Below, one piece after another: positions 30,042 through 47,387 of a stretch of 64,000 nucleotides of DNA. Position 1 is the first letter of the stretch, and each line of letters starts with the position of its first letter. The notes beneath the pieces are model-generated. The model was not told the origin of the DNA, did no database searches, and was given only the letters and a program-made list of their open reading frames with translations. The position numbers and the translations under genes were made by a program. The stretch comes from the human T2T-CHM13v2.0 reference genome, Homo sapiens. Location: NCBI RefSeq assembly GCF_009914755.1, contig NC_060926.1; one strand, written 5' to 3'.

Positions 30042-31514
30042 TACATTAATTTTTTTAAAAGCACATTATTCAACAACTAGTTGAGTATACTGCCTTTATC
30101 TTAACATGATCTAAATCCTTCCTGGAAATTACCCTTTTCATTTCACCCTGTCAGTTACAGGGCTAAAGTAGTCAACTGATCCCTTACTACTTATCCTATT
30201 CAAGGTAAGATTTCAACATTTCCTCCGTCCTTCCTAACATAACTCATTTTGCCTCAGACAGTTTATCCATATCCCGAGCCCTTGATGAGTAGCAAATCTT
30301 ATGTGCCTTGTGAAAATAACACACACAGAAATAGAGGAAAAACCAGAATCAACGAAATTATTTTTTAAGTGTTTTCTTTTAAAAGCATTTTAAAAGCTTT
30401 AATACCTATAGTTTTATAATTTTCCAAAACTATATTTTATAGCTTGATAAGTAAAATAGAACAAAATATTTTTAAAGCACTGGATTGTGTCACTTAAATA
30501 TTTTTAAACTGTAGTTCCTGACAACACAATGCTAAATATTTCCTTATGTTAGATTTGCTACGCATATAGAAAAATTCAGTTTTGTACACATATCATCCTC
30601 TTTTATGCCTTTTATGCCTGCTTTTCTTTTCTGCTGATACTAAGGAAAGCCCCTCCTCTTTCTGTTGCTTCTTTAAAAAAAAAAAAAAAGTATTTTTTTT
30701 CAAGATCCTGTAGCAATTTCAAAATATTATCAATTTGGTTACAATTCTTTTTTCTAATTTTCCTCCCTGCAAAATATTAGTTGTTTATTTTCAGTGTCTA
30801 CTTAACTGTATGATGAGCATAGTACTCATGAAAAACATTGAGTGTTTTTGTTTTGTTTAACTCTACTAAAAATCTCATTCAAATGGCTTTTAATTATCAG
30901 TGATTTTTTTCCTTCACTGAACTACGTCCTCCTGGAGGATGGTACCAGGTTTTGTTTTTAGGGTCTAGTACCTAGTGTACACTTCATAACCTTTTTAAAA
31001 AATTACCTCCCCCGCACCCCCAATTTAATAACATTTGAATTAAATGAGTAAATGAATAATCAGATGAAAATGTAATATATTTAAATTATTTGTGTGTGTT
31101 AGCATGTGTAATTATAATCTTAGTTTGTCACCTCCTCCGGCTTCTTTGTAACCTGTTTGTAACATTTCTTTTGAGATGTGCAGTCTTAAATGGAATGTGC
31201 TTCCTACATAATAAAAGTGATTGTGCTGAGTAATAAGTATATATCAATAACAGAAATGCATAATATTGAACAAGGAAACATATCCAAGACTTTTTTAAAA
31301 AATTTACTTCTAAAAACTGAGGTTCCTTATTTTATTTTGATGTGGGAAAAAGTGCTTAAGAATGTTATCTATGAATATAATTCACACTCTACTTCATACA
31401 GTGTATGAGTTGGAATAAAGTAATAGAAAATGCCTGGTAGATTTCAAGAAGATGTACTGCAAGTTTAAGTAAACAAATAACTTTCAATTGGGATTACATT
31501 GAAAATAAAGGGGA

Positions 31515-31781
31515 GGCCGGGCGCCATGGCTCACGCCTATAATCCCAGCACTTTGTGAGGCTGAGGCGGGTAGATCACGAGGTCAGGAGTTCAAGACCAG
31601 CCTGGCCAATATGGTGAAACCCCATCGCTACAAAAAATACAAAATTAGCCACTCAGGAGGCTAAGGCAGGAGAATTGCTTGAATCTGGGAGGCAGAAGTT
31701 GCAGTGAGACAAGTTGTGCCACTGCACTCCAGCCTGGGCGACAGAGTGAGACTCCGTCTCAAAAAAAAAAGAAAAAAAAAG
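31515..31781 (+). mobile_element. AluSg-like with ~30-nt right-arm deletion
   Basis: ttagcc joined directly to actcaggaggc; TSD aataaagggga. Confidence 0.9.
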
Positions 31782-32554
31782 AATAAAGGGGAAACATCAA
31801 AGAAATAAAAATATATAGTACACAAGATTCCTAAGAATATCCATGAAGGGTAATGTTGATTGACAAGCCAAGTTCCTTTATATGAGGCTTAAGGGATAAA
31901 ATTCATAATATAAGGGCATTTTAACCATAGAAATCACTGTCATCAGTAAAGTAAAATCTTCTGATATGTAAACTGCTCTAAGCATTTAATATATCCAAGA
32001 CTGAGCAATACATCTTAATTGAGAATATTTAGCTCAACAATGGATAACTGGAATGCTGATGTTGATTTGTATTGAACAGAAACAAAGTTATTCAGCCTAA
32101 ATTGCCTGAAGGCTGCAATTACTCAGTCTTTAGTGACACATACTCATAAAATGCCAAGTTGAGCATTTTCATATGATTATGATACACTTCTATTTTAAGT
32201 ATGTCACATGTGGATTTAACAGCAAACAAGCAAGCGAAGTCAGTGAATTACAACATAAAAACAATTCCTCAAACTAGAAAGTCTAGTGTATCAGTGGCAT
32301 TGCCATTTCAAAGCAATTAAAGATTCAGAAATAATTAATTGTGAGGCACAATTGGCTAAGAGGTGAAATTGGTTCTTGGATACTCCTGGCTGCTTAGAAA
32401 AGTCAACTGCTGTGTCCTAACTGGGTCCACATTTCTTAGGAGTAAGCCAGTTCTGGATTTTTCCCTTTCCCACATTCCATGCTTGAAAAGTATCAGCTTT
32501 ATTCCATTATCTTTGCTGAGGTTAAGTAATTACTATATGAAATCAGCCTCTCTG

Positions 32555-32790
32555 GGCACAGCATAATGGTTAAGATTTCATATGGTTTTAGAAGCAAATA
32601 AACTTGGATTTTAAAGCCAGCTTTCATCATAGACTACCTTCTTTCGACAAGACTCAGTTTCTGAATCTATAAAGGAAGGAAAAGAACTTCTTCCAGAAAT
32701 AATTGTTATGAGATGATTAATGCAAAGCATTTTGAAAGTGGCTGACATATTGCAAGTGCTTAAAAAGTAGTCACTATGATTATATTATTT
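32555..32790 (+). mobile_element. MIR
   Basis: gcacagcataatggttaaga...ctcagtttctgaatctataaa...gctgacatattgcaagtgcttaaaaagtagtcactatgattat. Confidence 0.65.
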
Positions 32791-33569
32791 TTGTTGCCAG
32801 AGTGATCATGGTTCTACCATATGAAACCATATGAAAGATCTCAATAAGTGCATGCAGACACAAAGGTGTGGCCTCATGATGAGAATACAGGTACTATAAA
32901 GGGTGTTAAGTAGTAATTGCTATGAGCTAATTGATGCTGCTCCATTTTTACCAGGCAGAATATAGTGTTTTCTCCTCACATTCTGGAAAAAAAAATAAAA
33001 TGTATAATCTGACAACAATATGCACGAGAAGAAATTCAATTGAACAGTGGCTCTTCTTAATTGTTTAATTTTCTTCACTGAAATTTAAGGAATACTGTAG
33101 GCAGTTTGAGCCAGAGCTCACACAGACTCATCATTAAATAATAATTACAATAATTGCTTGCAATAAGTAAATGAAATTACAATGAGTAAATAATGCAGTG
33201 ATTAATGCCCTATGTATTTAAGTATTTCATGGTGTAATGATCATGTATGCCAGCAACAATAGGTTTGTATTTATTTTTTCACACATTCATATATCCATTC
33301 ACTGTACTGTAAAATTCCATTTTAGAAATCACTCAGTGGAACAGTTCTGAAGGAATCTTTTAAAGTGGTGTTACAATGACATGGACTACTTAGAGTATTT
33401 CAAATATCCTATGTCAAGTGTTTCCTTATGAAACAACTTTGATTCTATATTAAATATAGTTTATATATATAGTTTAAATATAGTTTATATATAAAACACA
33501 GAAATATTTTATCCAATTATTTGCATAGCAGTTTTAAATTATTCAGAAAGACAGAAAAAAAAGTAAAAT

Positions 33570-33900
33570 ATTATCCTTAGCAAACTACTACAGGAACAGA
33601 AAACCAAATAACACATGTTCTCACTTATAAGTGAAAGCTGAATGATGTGAACTCATGACCACAAAGAAGGGAACAACAGACACTGGATTCTACTTGAGGG
33701 TGGAAGGTGGGAAGAGGGTAGGAGAGGAGCAGAAAAAAATAGCTATTAAGTACTAGGTTTAATACCTGGGTGATGAAATGATCTGAACAACAAACCTCAA
33801 TGACATGAGTTTACCTATGTAACAAACCTTCACATGTACCTCTGAACCTAAAACAAAAGTTAAAAAAATAGCAAAAGGAATTTAAAAAAATAAAAAAAAA
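33570..33900 (+). mobile_element. 5'-truncated L1PA (older, about PA13-16) 3' end
   Basis: attatccttagcaaacta...catgttctcacttataagtg...aacaaaccttcacatgtacctctgaacctaaaacaaaagtt plus A-rich tail. Confidence 0.85.
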
Positions 33901-34654
33901 TAGAAAACACAATAATCTGAAATTCTTTAGTATTTTCTCTTAATTAGTAAGAAACATAAGCTATTAAATATATTTTAAGAAAATGGTTGAGGCACGCACA
34001 GTGAAAATACTCTTTTTTTTAAAAAAGTTACTATGCACTGTACTTTTAATCTGGTTTAATCTATATGAGGCCTTTTGGGATAGATCAAAAATTACAATTA
34101 ATAGGGTTGAAATAAATGAGGGATTACTGTAAAAATTTTTTGATTTCATCTTTATTCCCTGTGCTAAGAAGATTTGTCAATAAGTAGATGACTATATTTA
34201 TTTTTGCCTGTTCTTTAATTTTATGAGAAATCTGTCATTGAGGTGCTAATGAGAGCCCAGTGGCCACAGGGTTAGACAGGATAAGCTAGAGAAAAAGCAA
34301 GAGGAATAAGTGGAGAAGAAAATTTAGAAGTGTAACATTTCCAACTTTTTCTTCCTAGCTAGTCATGTACTTACATAGCAACCCAGGTGCATATACATAA
34401 TATTTGTACCCTATATTTGAGAAAATAATGGTATAAATATAAATCTGGGAGCACTTTAATATGTTTTTTATTCCTTGGATACATCAAATGAAATGCAACA
34501 TGAATCCATATCCAGGTCACCAAGTACGCACTTCCAGTGGAAATATTCTTTCTAAATATCACACATTCAAAAATTAATCTTATTCAACTGAGACATATCA
34601 ATAAATCTTAGGTTTAGTCAATCCTGTAGAGACTCTTGCTATAGGACAGGAAAC

Positions 34655-35080
34655 AGTATTCACTCAACAAATATTTATTGAAAATCTACTTATGTGCCAA
34701 AATTGTGCTATACGTTGAGGATATAATAGTAAATAAAGCAGATACGGTCCCTAGCTTTGTGGTGCTTCTCTTTTAGTTGATGAGGCAGTAGGTAATCATA
34801 TATTCAACAAACAAATTAAAAATTTAAATGATAACAGAGCTAAAAAGTAAAATACAGTCCTAAAAGTGTCTGTTTTAGAAGAATTCAGCCTGGTCACAGA
34901 GGTCAGGGAAGGGTTCTTGGAAAACAACACTTGGCTTATTAGATAGGAGTGAGTGAACTAAACTAAGAAGAGATAGGAGACATTTCTGGGCAAAGAAATA
35001 ACTTGTTAAAATGTAATATTAGTGAAAAGAGCCTAAAAATTGGGAGAATATCAAAGAAGGGAAATACAGCTGGAGTGGGA
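34655..35080 (-). mobile_element. L2 fragment
   Basis: attcactcaacaaatatttattgaaaatctacttatgtgccaaaattgtgcta. Confidence 0.7.
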
Positions 35081-38000
35081 AGTTTCGGTCACACTGCACT
35101 TCCTTTTAGATTCTAAACTCCTTGAAGAAACTGTTCATATCACTTTTGGTCATGTTGTCTCCCAGTAACTGGCACATTATAGGAAGTCCTTTTTTTTTTT
35201 AGTTTTTTCTTCAAGACTCCCACATGCATACAAACCAACATGTGGATCTTCACCATGTTCCTTATGTTTTGTTTTGGTTTCTTCCCATCGGGATGTAAAC
35301 ATTGCAAAGCCAGTATTACATAAAGTCCTCTGTATCATCCATAGTGCCCAACATAATGCATTTAACGCATTAAGCTAGTAGCTGTGTATAATATTAGTCG
35401 TAACATAATCATAATTCATGTATTTTGATGAATTTAGATTTTAAAAAGAAGGATCAATTGTGGAATTTTTTTTTTCTTTAACAGAGCTCGTATTTAGATT
35501 ATAGGTAAACAATTATGGAAATCAACATTTGAACCAACATAAACACAACTACTACACTTGCAAGGATATACAGCAGTGGATAAACTACAGAAAGGTTTGT
35601 GTTCAAAACATGTAATGCTTACTTTCATGTGTCAACATGGCTAGGCTGTGATACCCAGTCATTCAATCAAATACTGTCTTGGGTGTTGCTGTGGAAGTAT
35701 TTTGCTGATGTGATAACTATCTGCAATCAGTTGACTTTAAGTAAGGGAGATTATACTCAAAAATCTGGATGGTCCTGATTCAATCAGTTGAAAGGCCTTA
35801 TGAACAGAATTGAGGTTTCCCTGACAAAGAAACTCATTTTGTCGTCTTCAGCTTCAGCTCCTGCCTGAGAGTGTCAAGCATGTCTTTAGTGATAGCCTGC
35901 CTAAGGGCTAGCCAGTTTTCAGGATCTCATAAGTCAAAATTTTGCAACAAATAACATATATGTAGGTATACATATACATCAGGTCCTTGAATAACATTTT
36001 GGTATAACATTGACAAGGGAAAAAAATGATTCCCACCTGGGGCCACTATCTGTATGGAGTTTGCCTGTTCTCCCCATGTCTGTGTGGGTTTTCTCTGAGT
36101 GCTCTGGTTTCATCCCACATCCCAAAAATATGCATGTTAGGTTAATTGGCATGTTTAAATTGCCCCAGTTGAAGAGACTGACACCATCAAAATTGCAGAA
36201 GAGAAGCCAGATGGCTTCACTCTCCCCAAGAGAAAACCAAAAATAATTATCCAGTGCCAAGATGATCACCAGCAACATCCAGGAACTCAAGTCTGAGACT
36301 GAGATGATCCCTGAAGCCATAGAGAAGTGAAAAACTCTGAACAGACAGTAAGAGAAATGGGCCTTTCGATTCATAATGCCCCTCCCCCAATCTGCCAGGC
36401 ACCATGCATGAATGATTCCTCCTAGACTCATGGTTTCTGCACTGGAAAAAGTGAGATCAAGGCAGAGCCAGCTTCCCTAGCATCTTGGATCCCCTTTTAA
36501 GAAAACTATTACTGTCTGGACCCACAGGAAGAATCATGAGGGCCTGTAGGGAGAAAACCCCTGAGGGCAGCTAGAGACACAAAGGGGAGGTGGGATTAGA
36601 AACCTCAGCCTGTGAAACACTGTTCTTTATCTCAGCCAAGGGGACACCAAATAAAAGTAGCTATTTAGCAGCAACACACCATAGGAGGCAATCTCAATGA
36701 GTATTCTGAGCATGAAGACCCAGCCAGTCTCCTACAGAGCCAAGGTATCCTCGTTAGGAACCCCACTCCAATTCAGGACCAGAAGTGTTCTGAACACCTG
36801 TGAGAGCCAAGGTAAATTTGGGATTAATATGCCATCTAATGCCCCCCAAAAAAGCCATCAATCTAGGATTAAGTTGATTTACAAGTGACTGCAAAGAAAC
36901 TCTAAGCAAACATACCCTAGAAAACCAACACAAGCCAGACACAAGTAAAGGCCTTCAATGAAAAGCTATAGACATACATCCATAAGAAACTACAGCAAAC
37001 AGGGAACCAAGACCTCCTCAAATGGACAAAACAAAGAGCCAGTGACTAACCCTAGTGAGACAGCAATTTGTGAGCTCTCAGATCAAGAATTCAAAATGGT
37101 AGTTCTGAAGAAACTCACTGAACTCCCAGGTAACATGGAAAATCAATTCAGAAACTTATCAGAGAAAGTAACAAATAATAAAATAATAATTTTTAAAAAT
37201 CAAACAGAAATCTTAGAAGTGAGAAACAAGTTTCCTGAACTAAAAAATGTACTAGAGGCAACAGCAGAATGGATCAAGCAGAAGAAAATAAGTAAGCTTA
37301 AAGAGAGGCTATCAGAAAACATACAGTAAAAGGATAAAAAAGAAAAATAATAAAAAGAAATGAAGAACACCTGCAAGATATAGGGAATAACCTCAAAAGT
37401 GTAAATCTAAGAGTTATTAGCATATAAGGGAGTTGAGAAAGAGCAAGGGGGTAGAAAACTTACTCAAAGAAATAATAACAGAAAACATACCAAACCTAAA
37501 GATAAAAATATCTAGTTATAGGAAGATCAGAGATCACCAAACAGATTCAACCCAAATAAGACTATCCCAAAGCATATAATAATCAAGTTCTGAAAGGTTA
37601 AAGACAAAGCAAGGATCCTAAAAGCATCAAGAGATAAGAAGCAAATAACACATAAAGGAGCTCCAATTCACTTGGCAATAGACTTCTCAATGGAAACCAT
37701 ATAGGCCTGGAGAGAGTGGGGTGACATAGTTAAATTACTGAAAGAAAAAAGCTGCTGAGCAAGAATACTGTACCCAGAAAGCTTTCCTTCAAACATGAAA
37801 GAGAAATACAGTCTTTCCCACACAAACAAAAGCTGAGGGAACTCGCAATCACTAGATCCATCCTACAAAAAAAAACTCTAAAGGGAATTCTTCAATATGC
37901 AAAAAAAAGATGCTAATATACAAAAAGAAAACAATTGAAGGTCTAAAACTCATTGCTAAAAGTAAGTATAAAGACAAATTCATAATACTCCAAAAATAAG

Positions 38001-38089
38001 TAACAAAATGGCAGTAGTAAGTCCTTACTTATCAAAAATAACATTGAATGTAAATAGATTAAATTCTCCAATTTTTAAAAGACACAAAG

Positions 38090-38616
<527 letters not shown>

Positions 38617-41600
38617 TTATTTAGGCTATATGCTACTTGTAAGAAACTCATTTCACCTACAAAAAGACACACATCGGCTGAAAGTAAAGAGATGGAAGAA
38701 GATAGCCCATGTAAATAAAAATCAAAAGCAGAGCAAGAGTAACTATTCTTATAGTAGATAAAACAGACTTTAAATCAAACTTAAAAGGAGACAAAGAAGG
38801 TCAACATATAATAAAAAAGAGATTAATTCAGTAGTAGGATTTAACAATTGTAAATATATATGCATCCAACACCAAGGCACCGAAATATATAAAGCAAATA
38901 TTAATAAATCTAAAGGGAGAGAGAGAGACTGTAACACAATAATAATGGAGGAATTTAACACCTCACTCTCAGTAATTGACAGATCATTGAGATGGAAAAT
39001 CAACCAAGAAACAGTGATGTTAAACTACACTCTAGACCAAATGAATCAAACTGACATTTACAGAGTATTTTGTCCAACAGCTACACAATGCACATTCTTC
39101 TCATCAGCACATGGAACATTTTCCAGAATAGGATCTATGTGAGGCCACAAAATAAGTCTCAACAAATTCAAAAAAGTCAAAATTGTATCAAGTTTCTCTC
39201 TGACCACAATGGAATAAAACTAGAATTCAATAATAAGAGAAACTTAGAAACAATACAAACACATGACAATTAAACAACATGCTCCTGAATAATCAATGGG
39301 TCAATGAAGAAATGAAGAAGGAAATTTTGAAAATTTCATGAAACAAATAAAATTAGAAAAACATAACATACCAAAACTATGCTATAAAGCAAAATCAGGG
39401 AAGTTTACAGCAATGAACACCTACATCAAAAAGTTAAAAGATTTTAAATGAACATCCCAATGAGGCACTCAAGGAACTAGACAAGCAAGAATAAACCAAT
39501 CCCAAAAGTAGTAGAAGAAAAATAATGATAAGGATCCAAACAGAAATAAATACAATTGAGAATAAAAAATAATATAAAAGATAAATGACATAAAAAGCTA
39601 TTTTTTAAAAGACAAAATTGACAAACCTTTAGCTAGACTAATTAAGGAAAAGAAAGAAAAGACAAAATCAGAAACAAAAAAAGGAGACATAACAGCTGAT
39701 ACCACATAAATACAAATAATCATTAGGGACTATTACGAACAACTAAACACTAACAAATTGGAAAACCTACAATAAACGGATAAATTTCTGAATACATACA
39801 ACCTACAAAGACTGAACCATGAAGAAATAGAAAAGCCAAACAGACCAGTAATGAGTAATGAGATTAAATGAGAATAAAAAATACTCCATCAAAAAAAACC
39901 CCAGGACCTACCTGATGACTTCACTAGCAAATTATACCACACATTTAAATAAGAACTAATGCCAATTCTACTCAAAGTATTTATAAAACTCGAAGTGGAG
40001 GGAATACTTCCAAACTCATTCTAAGAGGCCAGCATTTCCCTGATGTTAAAACCAAAGACATGACAAAAACTAGGAAAACTATATCCCTAATAAACATAGA
40101 TGCAAAAATCTTCAACAAAATACTAACAAACCAAATTCGACAACATATTGAAAAGATTATTCACCACAATCAAGTGGGAATTATTCCAGTGATACAAGGA
40201 TGGTCCAACCTATGCAAATTAATAAATATGATAAATCACATTAACAGAATGAAGGACAAAAGACATATAATCATTTCCTTAGATGAAAAAGCATTTTAAA
40301 AAATTCAACATCCCTTTATGATAAAAAGTACTTCTCAGCAAACTGGGTATAGAAGAATCAGACCTCAAAACAATGAAGGCCATATATAATAAATCCAAAG
40401 CTAACTTCATACTGAGTGGAGAAAAAATGAGAGCTTTTCCTCTAAGTTCTGGAACAAGACAAGGATGTTTCTATTACTACTTATTTTCAACATAGTACTG
40501 GACGTCCTAGCAAACTAGAAAGGAAGAAGGCAAATTATTTTTGTTTTAAGATGCATGATATTATACTTAGGAAAACCAAAAGTCCCCACCAAAAATCTAT
40601 TAGAACTGATAAACAAATTCAATAATGTTGCCGGATTTATCACACAATAATCAGTGGCATTTATATCAGCCAATGGTGAGCAAACTGAAAAAGAGATTAA
40701 GAAACAATCCCATATGCAATTGCTACAAAAAATATAAAATGCCTAGAAATAAATTTAACCAAAGAAATAAAAGATCCCTACAAAGAAAACAATAAACTAC
40801 TGATGAAAGAAATTGAAGAACACACACAAATAAGCAAAGATATTCCATGCTCATGGAGTAGAACAATTAGAATTGGTAAAATGTCAACACTACCCAAAGC
40901 TACCCACAGATTATATGCAATCTCTATCAAGAAACCAATGATGTTACAGAGCCACAAAAGACCCCAAATAGCCAAAACAATCCTAAGCAAATAAATAAAT
41001 AAAGACAGAGACATCACATTACTTGACTTCAAAATGTAGTACAAAGACATAGTAAACAAAACGGCATGGTGCGATATAAAAACAGACATAGAGAACAGTG
41101 GAACACGCTAGAGAACTCAGAAATAAATCCATACACTTACAGCCAATACATTTTTGACAAAGGCACCATGAACATACATGGTAGAAAGGACAATATCTTC
41201 AATAAATAGTGCTGGGAAAACTAGATATCCCTATGCAGAAGAATGAGACTAGATTCCTATCTCTTGCCAAATATAAAAGTCAAATCAAAATGAATCAAAG
41301 CTTGAATCTAAGATGTAAAACTATTAAACTACTGAAAGAAAACATTTGGGCAACACTTCAGGACATGGGTCTGGGCAATGATTCCTTGGCTAAACTTTCA
41401 AAAGCACAGGCAACAAAAGCAAAAATAGCAAATGGGATTATATGAAACAAAAAGGTTTCTGCACAGCAAAGGAAACAATCAACAAAGAGAAGAACAAATC
41501 TACAGAATGGAAGAAAATATTTACAAACTATCCATCTGACAAGATATCAATAACCAAAATATATAAGGAACTCAATTCAATAGCAAAATAACTAATAATG

Positions 41601-41848
41601 TGATTTTAAAATGGGCAAAAGATCTGAGTAGGCATGTCTCAAAAAAAGACACACAATTGGCCAACAGATATATGAAAAAATGTTTAACATCACTAACCAT
41701 CAGGGTAATGTCACACAAAACTACAATGGGATATCACCTCACCCCAGTTGGAATGGTTATTATCAAAAAGACAAGAAGTAACAGTAGCTAGTGAGGAGGT
41801 ACAGACATGGGAACACTCCTATGTTGTTGGTGGGAAAGTAATTTAATA

Positions 41849-42087
41849 CAGTTGACCTTCAATCGACAATGGTTTGAACTGCATGGGTTCACTTATATAT
41901 GATTTTTTTTTCAAAGAAGGACAGATTGAAAATACAGGGTATTCACAGGATGCAAAACCCACATATTTGGAGGGCCAACTTTTTGTGTACCCACTCCTTC
42001 AGGGTGGACTCCACAATCTGAGTATGTGTGGATTTTGGTATATGTGGGTGGTCCTGGAACCAATCCCCCATGTATACTGAGGGACTG
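41849..42087. mobile_element. MER8 (TcMar-Tigger MITE) inserted in the L1
   Basis: cagttgacc...gagggactg ends, TA duplicated, interrupts L1 aata|cagccactatgg. Confidence 0.85.
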
Positions 42088-43739
42088 TACAGCCACTATG
42101 GAAAACAGTATGAAGATTCTCCAAAAGACTAAAAATAGAGCTACCATACGATCCAGCAATCTCACTGCTGAGTATATATTCAAAAGTAAGAAATGTAGTA
42201 TATAAAGAGATACCTGCACTAGCATGTCTATTGCAACACTATTTACAATAATCATAAGTGTCTATCATTAGCTGGATGGATAAACAAAATGAGGTACATA
42301 TACACAATGGAATATTATTCAGCCATAAAAAAGAATGAAATTCTGTCATTGGCAACATGCATGGAGTGTCAGGTCATTATGTTAAGAGAAATTGGCGAGG
42401 CACAGAAGGACAAATACCACATGTTCTCCCACATATATGGAAGCTAAAAAAGTAGATCTCTTGTGGGTAGAGAGTTGATTGGTGGTTGCAAGAGGCTGGA
42501 GAAGGAACAAAGGAGTAGGGGGATGAAGAAAATTTGGACAATCGGTACAAAAGTACAGTTAGAAAGAATAAGATCTAGTGTTTGATAGCACAGTAGAATG
42601 ACTACAGTTAACAATAATGTATTGTCTAGTTCAAAATAGCTAGAAGAGAAGAGATGTTCCCAATGTAAAGAAAAGTTACAGATTTGAGGCAATGGATATC
42701 TCAATTTCCTTGATTTAATCTTTACATATTATATGCATGTATCAAAATATCACAGGCATTCCACACCATGCATTATCATTATATATCAGTTAGAAAAAGA
42801 TTGTCCCAATATAAGTGAGGGTATGTGTGTGCATGAGTGTGCCCTGTGATGAAATAGTGTCCTTTCCAGTGTTGGTTCCCACCTTGTACTCTGAGCTGTC
42901 AGGATAAGCTTCAGTAATCCTGTGACCTTAAACTGGAATAAATGGGTTAGAGAATGAATGAATGAATGAATACAAATTATTGTCAAATAAAAGTTTGTAA
43001 AGTACACAATAATCACACAAATCCACAACAATCAATGATGTGGTATGAAAGTACTCAGCAAGCCTGCCATATTTGTTATTGTTTGGTTTTAAACTATGTG
43101 GCAGTAGGAGGCGTTCTTTACCATTGTCACTTGGCAAACATTTATTTCTTGGCTTAGCCCACCACAACTATGACCACCATCACTCACTGATTCACCAAAA
43201 ATTGGTTAAAATCTTACGTGTTTTTATTAGTGTTTCTTAAATGTATGTATGCCTCACATTTATTTCAATGCTTAATATTACAAGTGTTTTGGGTCTTTAT
43301 TTAGAAATTTATTAATGTTTTTGTTGCCAGATACATGCTCTAGAAACAGCTCTTGTTTATATTACTGAGCCTATGGTGAAATTGTTTTCTTTATATGTCC
43401 TTTGGCTTTAAAGTCACAGTTTCCAAGAACATGTTGATGATGTTAAGTGGTGACTTACTGTATATACATATATACACACCCATAATTGGCTTTCTTTCTC
43501 TGGTAGAACTCTGACTATTGTGGGTCTGTTTTTCAGAGTCAGCTGGTGAACGAACATGTTAGTGTACAAATTTTTTACAAAGGTTATGTTTAATATGTTT
43601 TAAAGGGGTTAAAAAAATCCCTGAAACAAAGGCTTAATTTTATAAATGAGAATCAAAACCATAAGCACAGTTTATTGTCTACACTAACATGACTTTACTA
43701 TTTTACTGTTTTTAATAACATAACATTACTAGCCCAAGA

Positions 43740-44460
<721 letters not shown>

Positions 44461-44836
44461 CAGAGGAAAGAAGATGAAAATAAACTCATGAGTTCACCAT
44501 CCAGAATTGAAACTACTAACATTTCATTATACCTAATTTGAATACTTTTATTAAATATAAACTAAATTTAACTCATACTGTTAAAATTACCTTTGATAAA
44601 GAAGAAAGTTCTCTTTCAGATGTCATTATTGACTCTTCCCTAAATCAAATGCTATTATAAAATTGGTGTGTAAATTTCCAGTTCACTTTTTTTCTATAGT
44701 TTTAAAATAAGCATATCTGGGAGCAACGTATATTAATATTTTATGTTTCATTTTGAAATTATACAAATGGTATCATACTATAAGTATGTAAGTAACATTC
44801 TGCTAATAACTTTTCTCAATGGTTTTGAAATGTATG

Positions 44837-45766
<930 letters not shown>

Positions 45767-46009
45767 TATATACGTATGTAAGTAGACACACACACATCTG
45801 TATGTACATATCATACTTTAGCAATGAAAATGTTGCATTTATTTACTCATTCCTCTTTTAATGAAGATGTAGGCTCTTCTAAATTTTTTTAATATTATGA
45901 TTTAATGTACTTTCTTGAACACATATATAGGAACTCTTTAGAGTATATAAGTATGGAATTGCTAGAACATGAGATATTGCATATGGGCCTTTAATTCTAA
46001 AAATAACCA

Positions 46010-46140
46010 CAAAAGTTATATACTATTATCTCCATTGTATAGATATGCAACTGTGCCTTAGAAAAGGTAAGAGATTTGTTTAAAGTCACAGAGTTAATAA
46101 GCATCAAAGCAGTGATTCATACTCAGATTTGTTCGGTTCC
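46010..46140 (-). mobile_element. MIR fragment
   Basis: tactattatctccattgtatagatatgcaactgtgccttagaaaaggtaagagatttgtttaaagtcacagagttaataag. Confidence 0.65.
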
Positions 46141-47387
46141 TCAAATAACATTTTTTTCCCAACCATGTTGTCCCTGAAACACGACAAAAAGAATGTTTTA
46201 TGTGTATGTGAAAATTGCTATACATTGTCCCTAATTTCTAGATTTCTGAATTTTCTTTTTCTTCTTGTACTTAGACTTTGAACAATTTAATTCACTTAAT
46301 TTGGATTGGCAAATCCAAATGGTGAATGCTACCAAAGGAGATGTTAGTGATCTACGAACATTGCTCATGGTAGGGAGATGGGAGACAATAGAGGCAAGGG
46401 AGACTTCATCTGCTCACTTTCTTCTTGTGGGTGTCTAAAATAAGGATTTCTGGGGCAGACAGAGATGTGACAGTATATAGCAAGCTGGGGAATTGCTGAG
46501 GAGCATCCATATTTTGGAAGTATTTAAAAAAAAAGTATTGCATTTATATATGGACAACACAGCTTTTCATTACGCATTGGGGAGACTATCAATCTTGGCA
46601 CCTGCTTAACAGGAATTGCAAGCTAAAGTGGAAAGTTACTGGAAGGTGCTTAACCTTAAACTTGTTTGCCCCTTAGCATGAGCAGCAAAGCAGTACAGAG
46701 TTAAATCCCCACATTTGTATAAACATTTGGTCATTTCAGAGGCCCACTTGGTTACATATATTTCCTCTACTACATTGCTACGGAATCTATTCTGTTTATT
46801 TTCACTAAACTCACTTAGAGTCTTAATACTACAATCATATGATTTGAATTCCAGTCTATTGGACCTAATGTACATACTACCGCTATTACTGACAGTTTCT
46901 ATTATTAAGGGCCAGATGTCTTGCTTCATAAATTTTTCTCATTCAGTTCTCATGAGATCTTTATAAAAGAAGAGATTTTGTCTTGATTATATGAGTAAGG
47001 AAACCAAGGACACCAAGCTAACAGTAACTTGCTCAAGGGCACTGAGTTAAATTTATTTAATGGAGTCTAAAATAATTTAGGTTCCTGTGCCCCTTAAGGA
47101 AAAGGACAGTGTCAAATTTTTATCAACAGGCCTAGTGCAAAATCCGATACTCAATAAAAATCTATTTATTGAATAAATGAATGTTTGACTCACAGCCATA
47201 TTCAATGCTGATTTAAGGTATAGTCAGTTATGCTAAAATAGTATGTCTTGTACAAATTAAAACTTTTAAAAAGTGTCATTTTGAAAATCTATTTTTTAAA
47301 AATTTTCAAATATAATTACTGACATAAAGTAGACATGTATTATTGAATGTTCAATCATCATCCTTATGCAGTTAAAAATATACTTGG

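Noticed and set aside
33450-33495. Direct repeat aaatatagtttatatata x2
   Set aside because: Ordinary slippage in low-complexity AT DNA
35979-36431. 150-aa ORF on the minus strand
   Set aside because: Spans the MER6/L1 5'UTR junction with no coding hallmark
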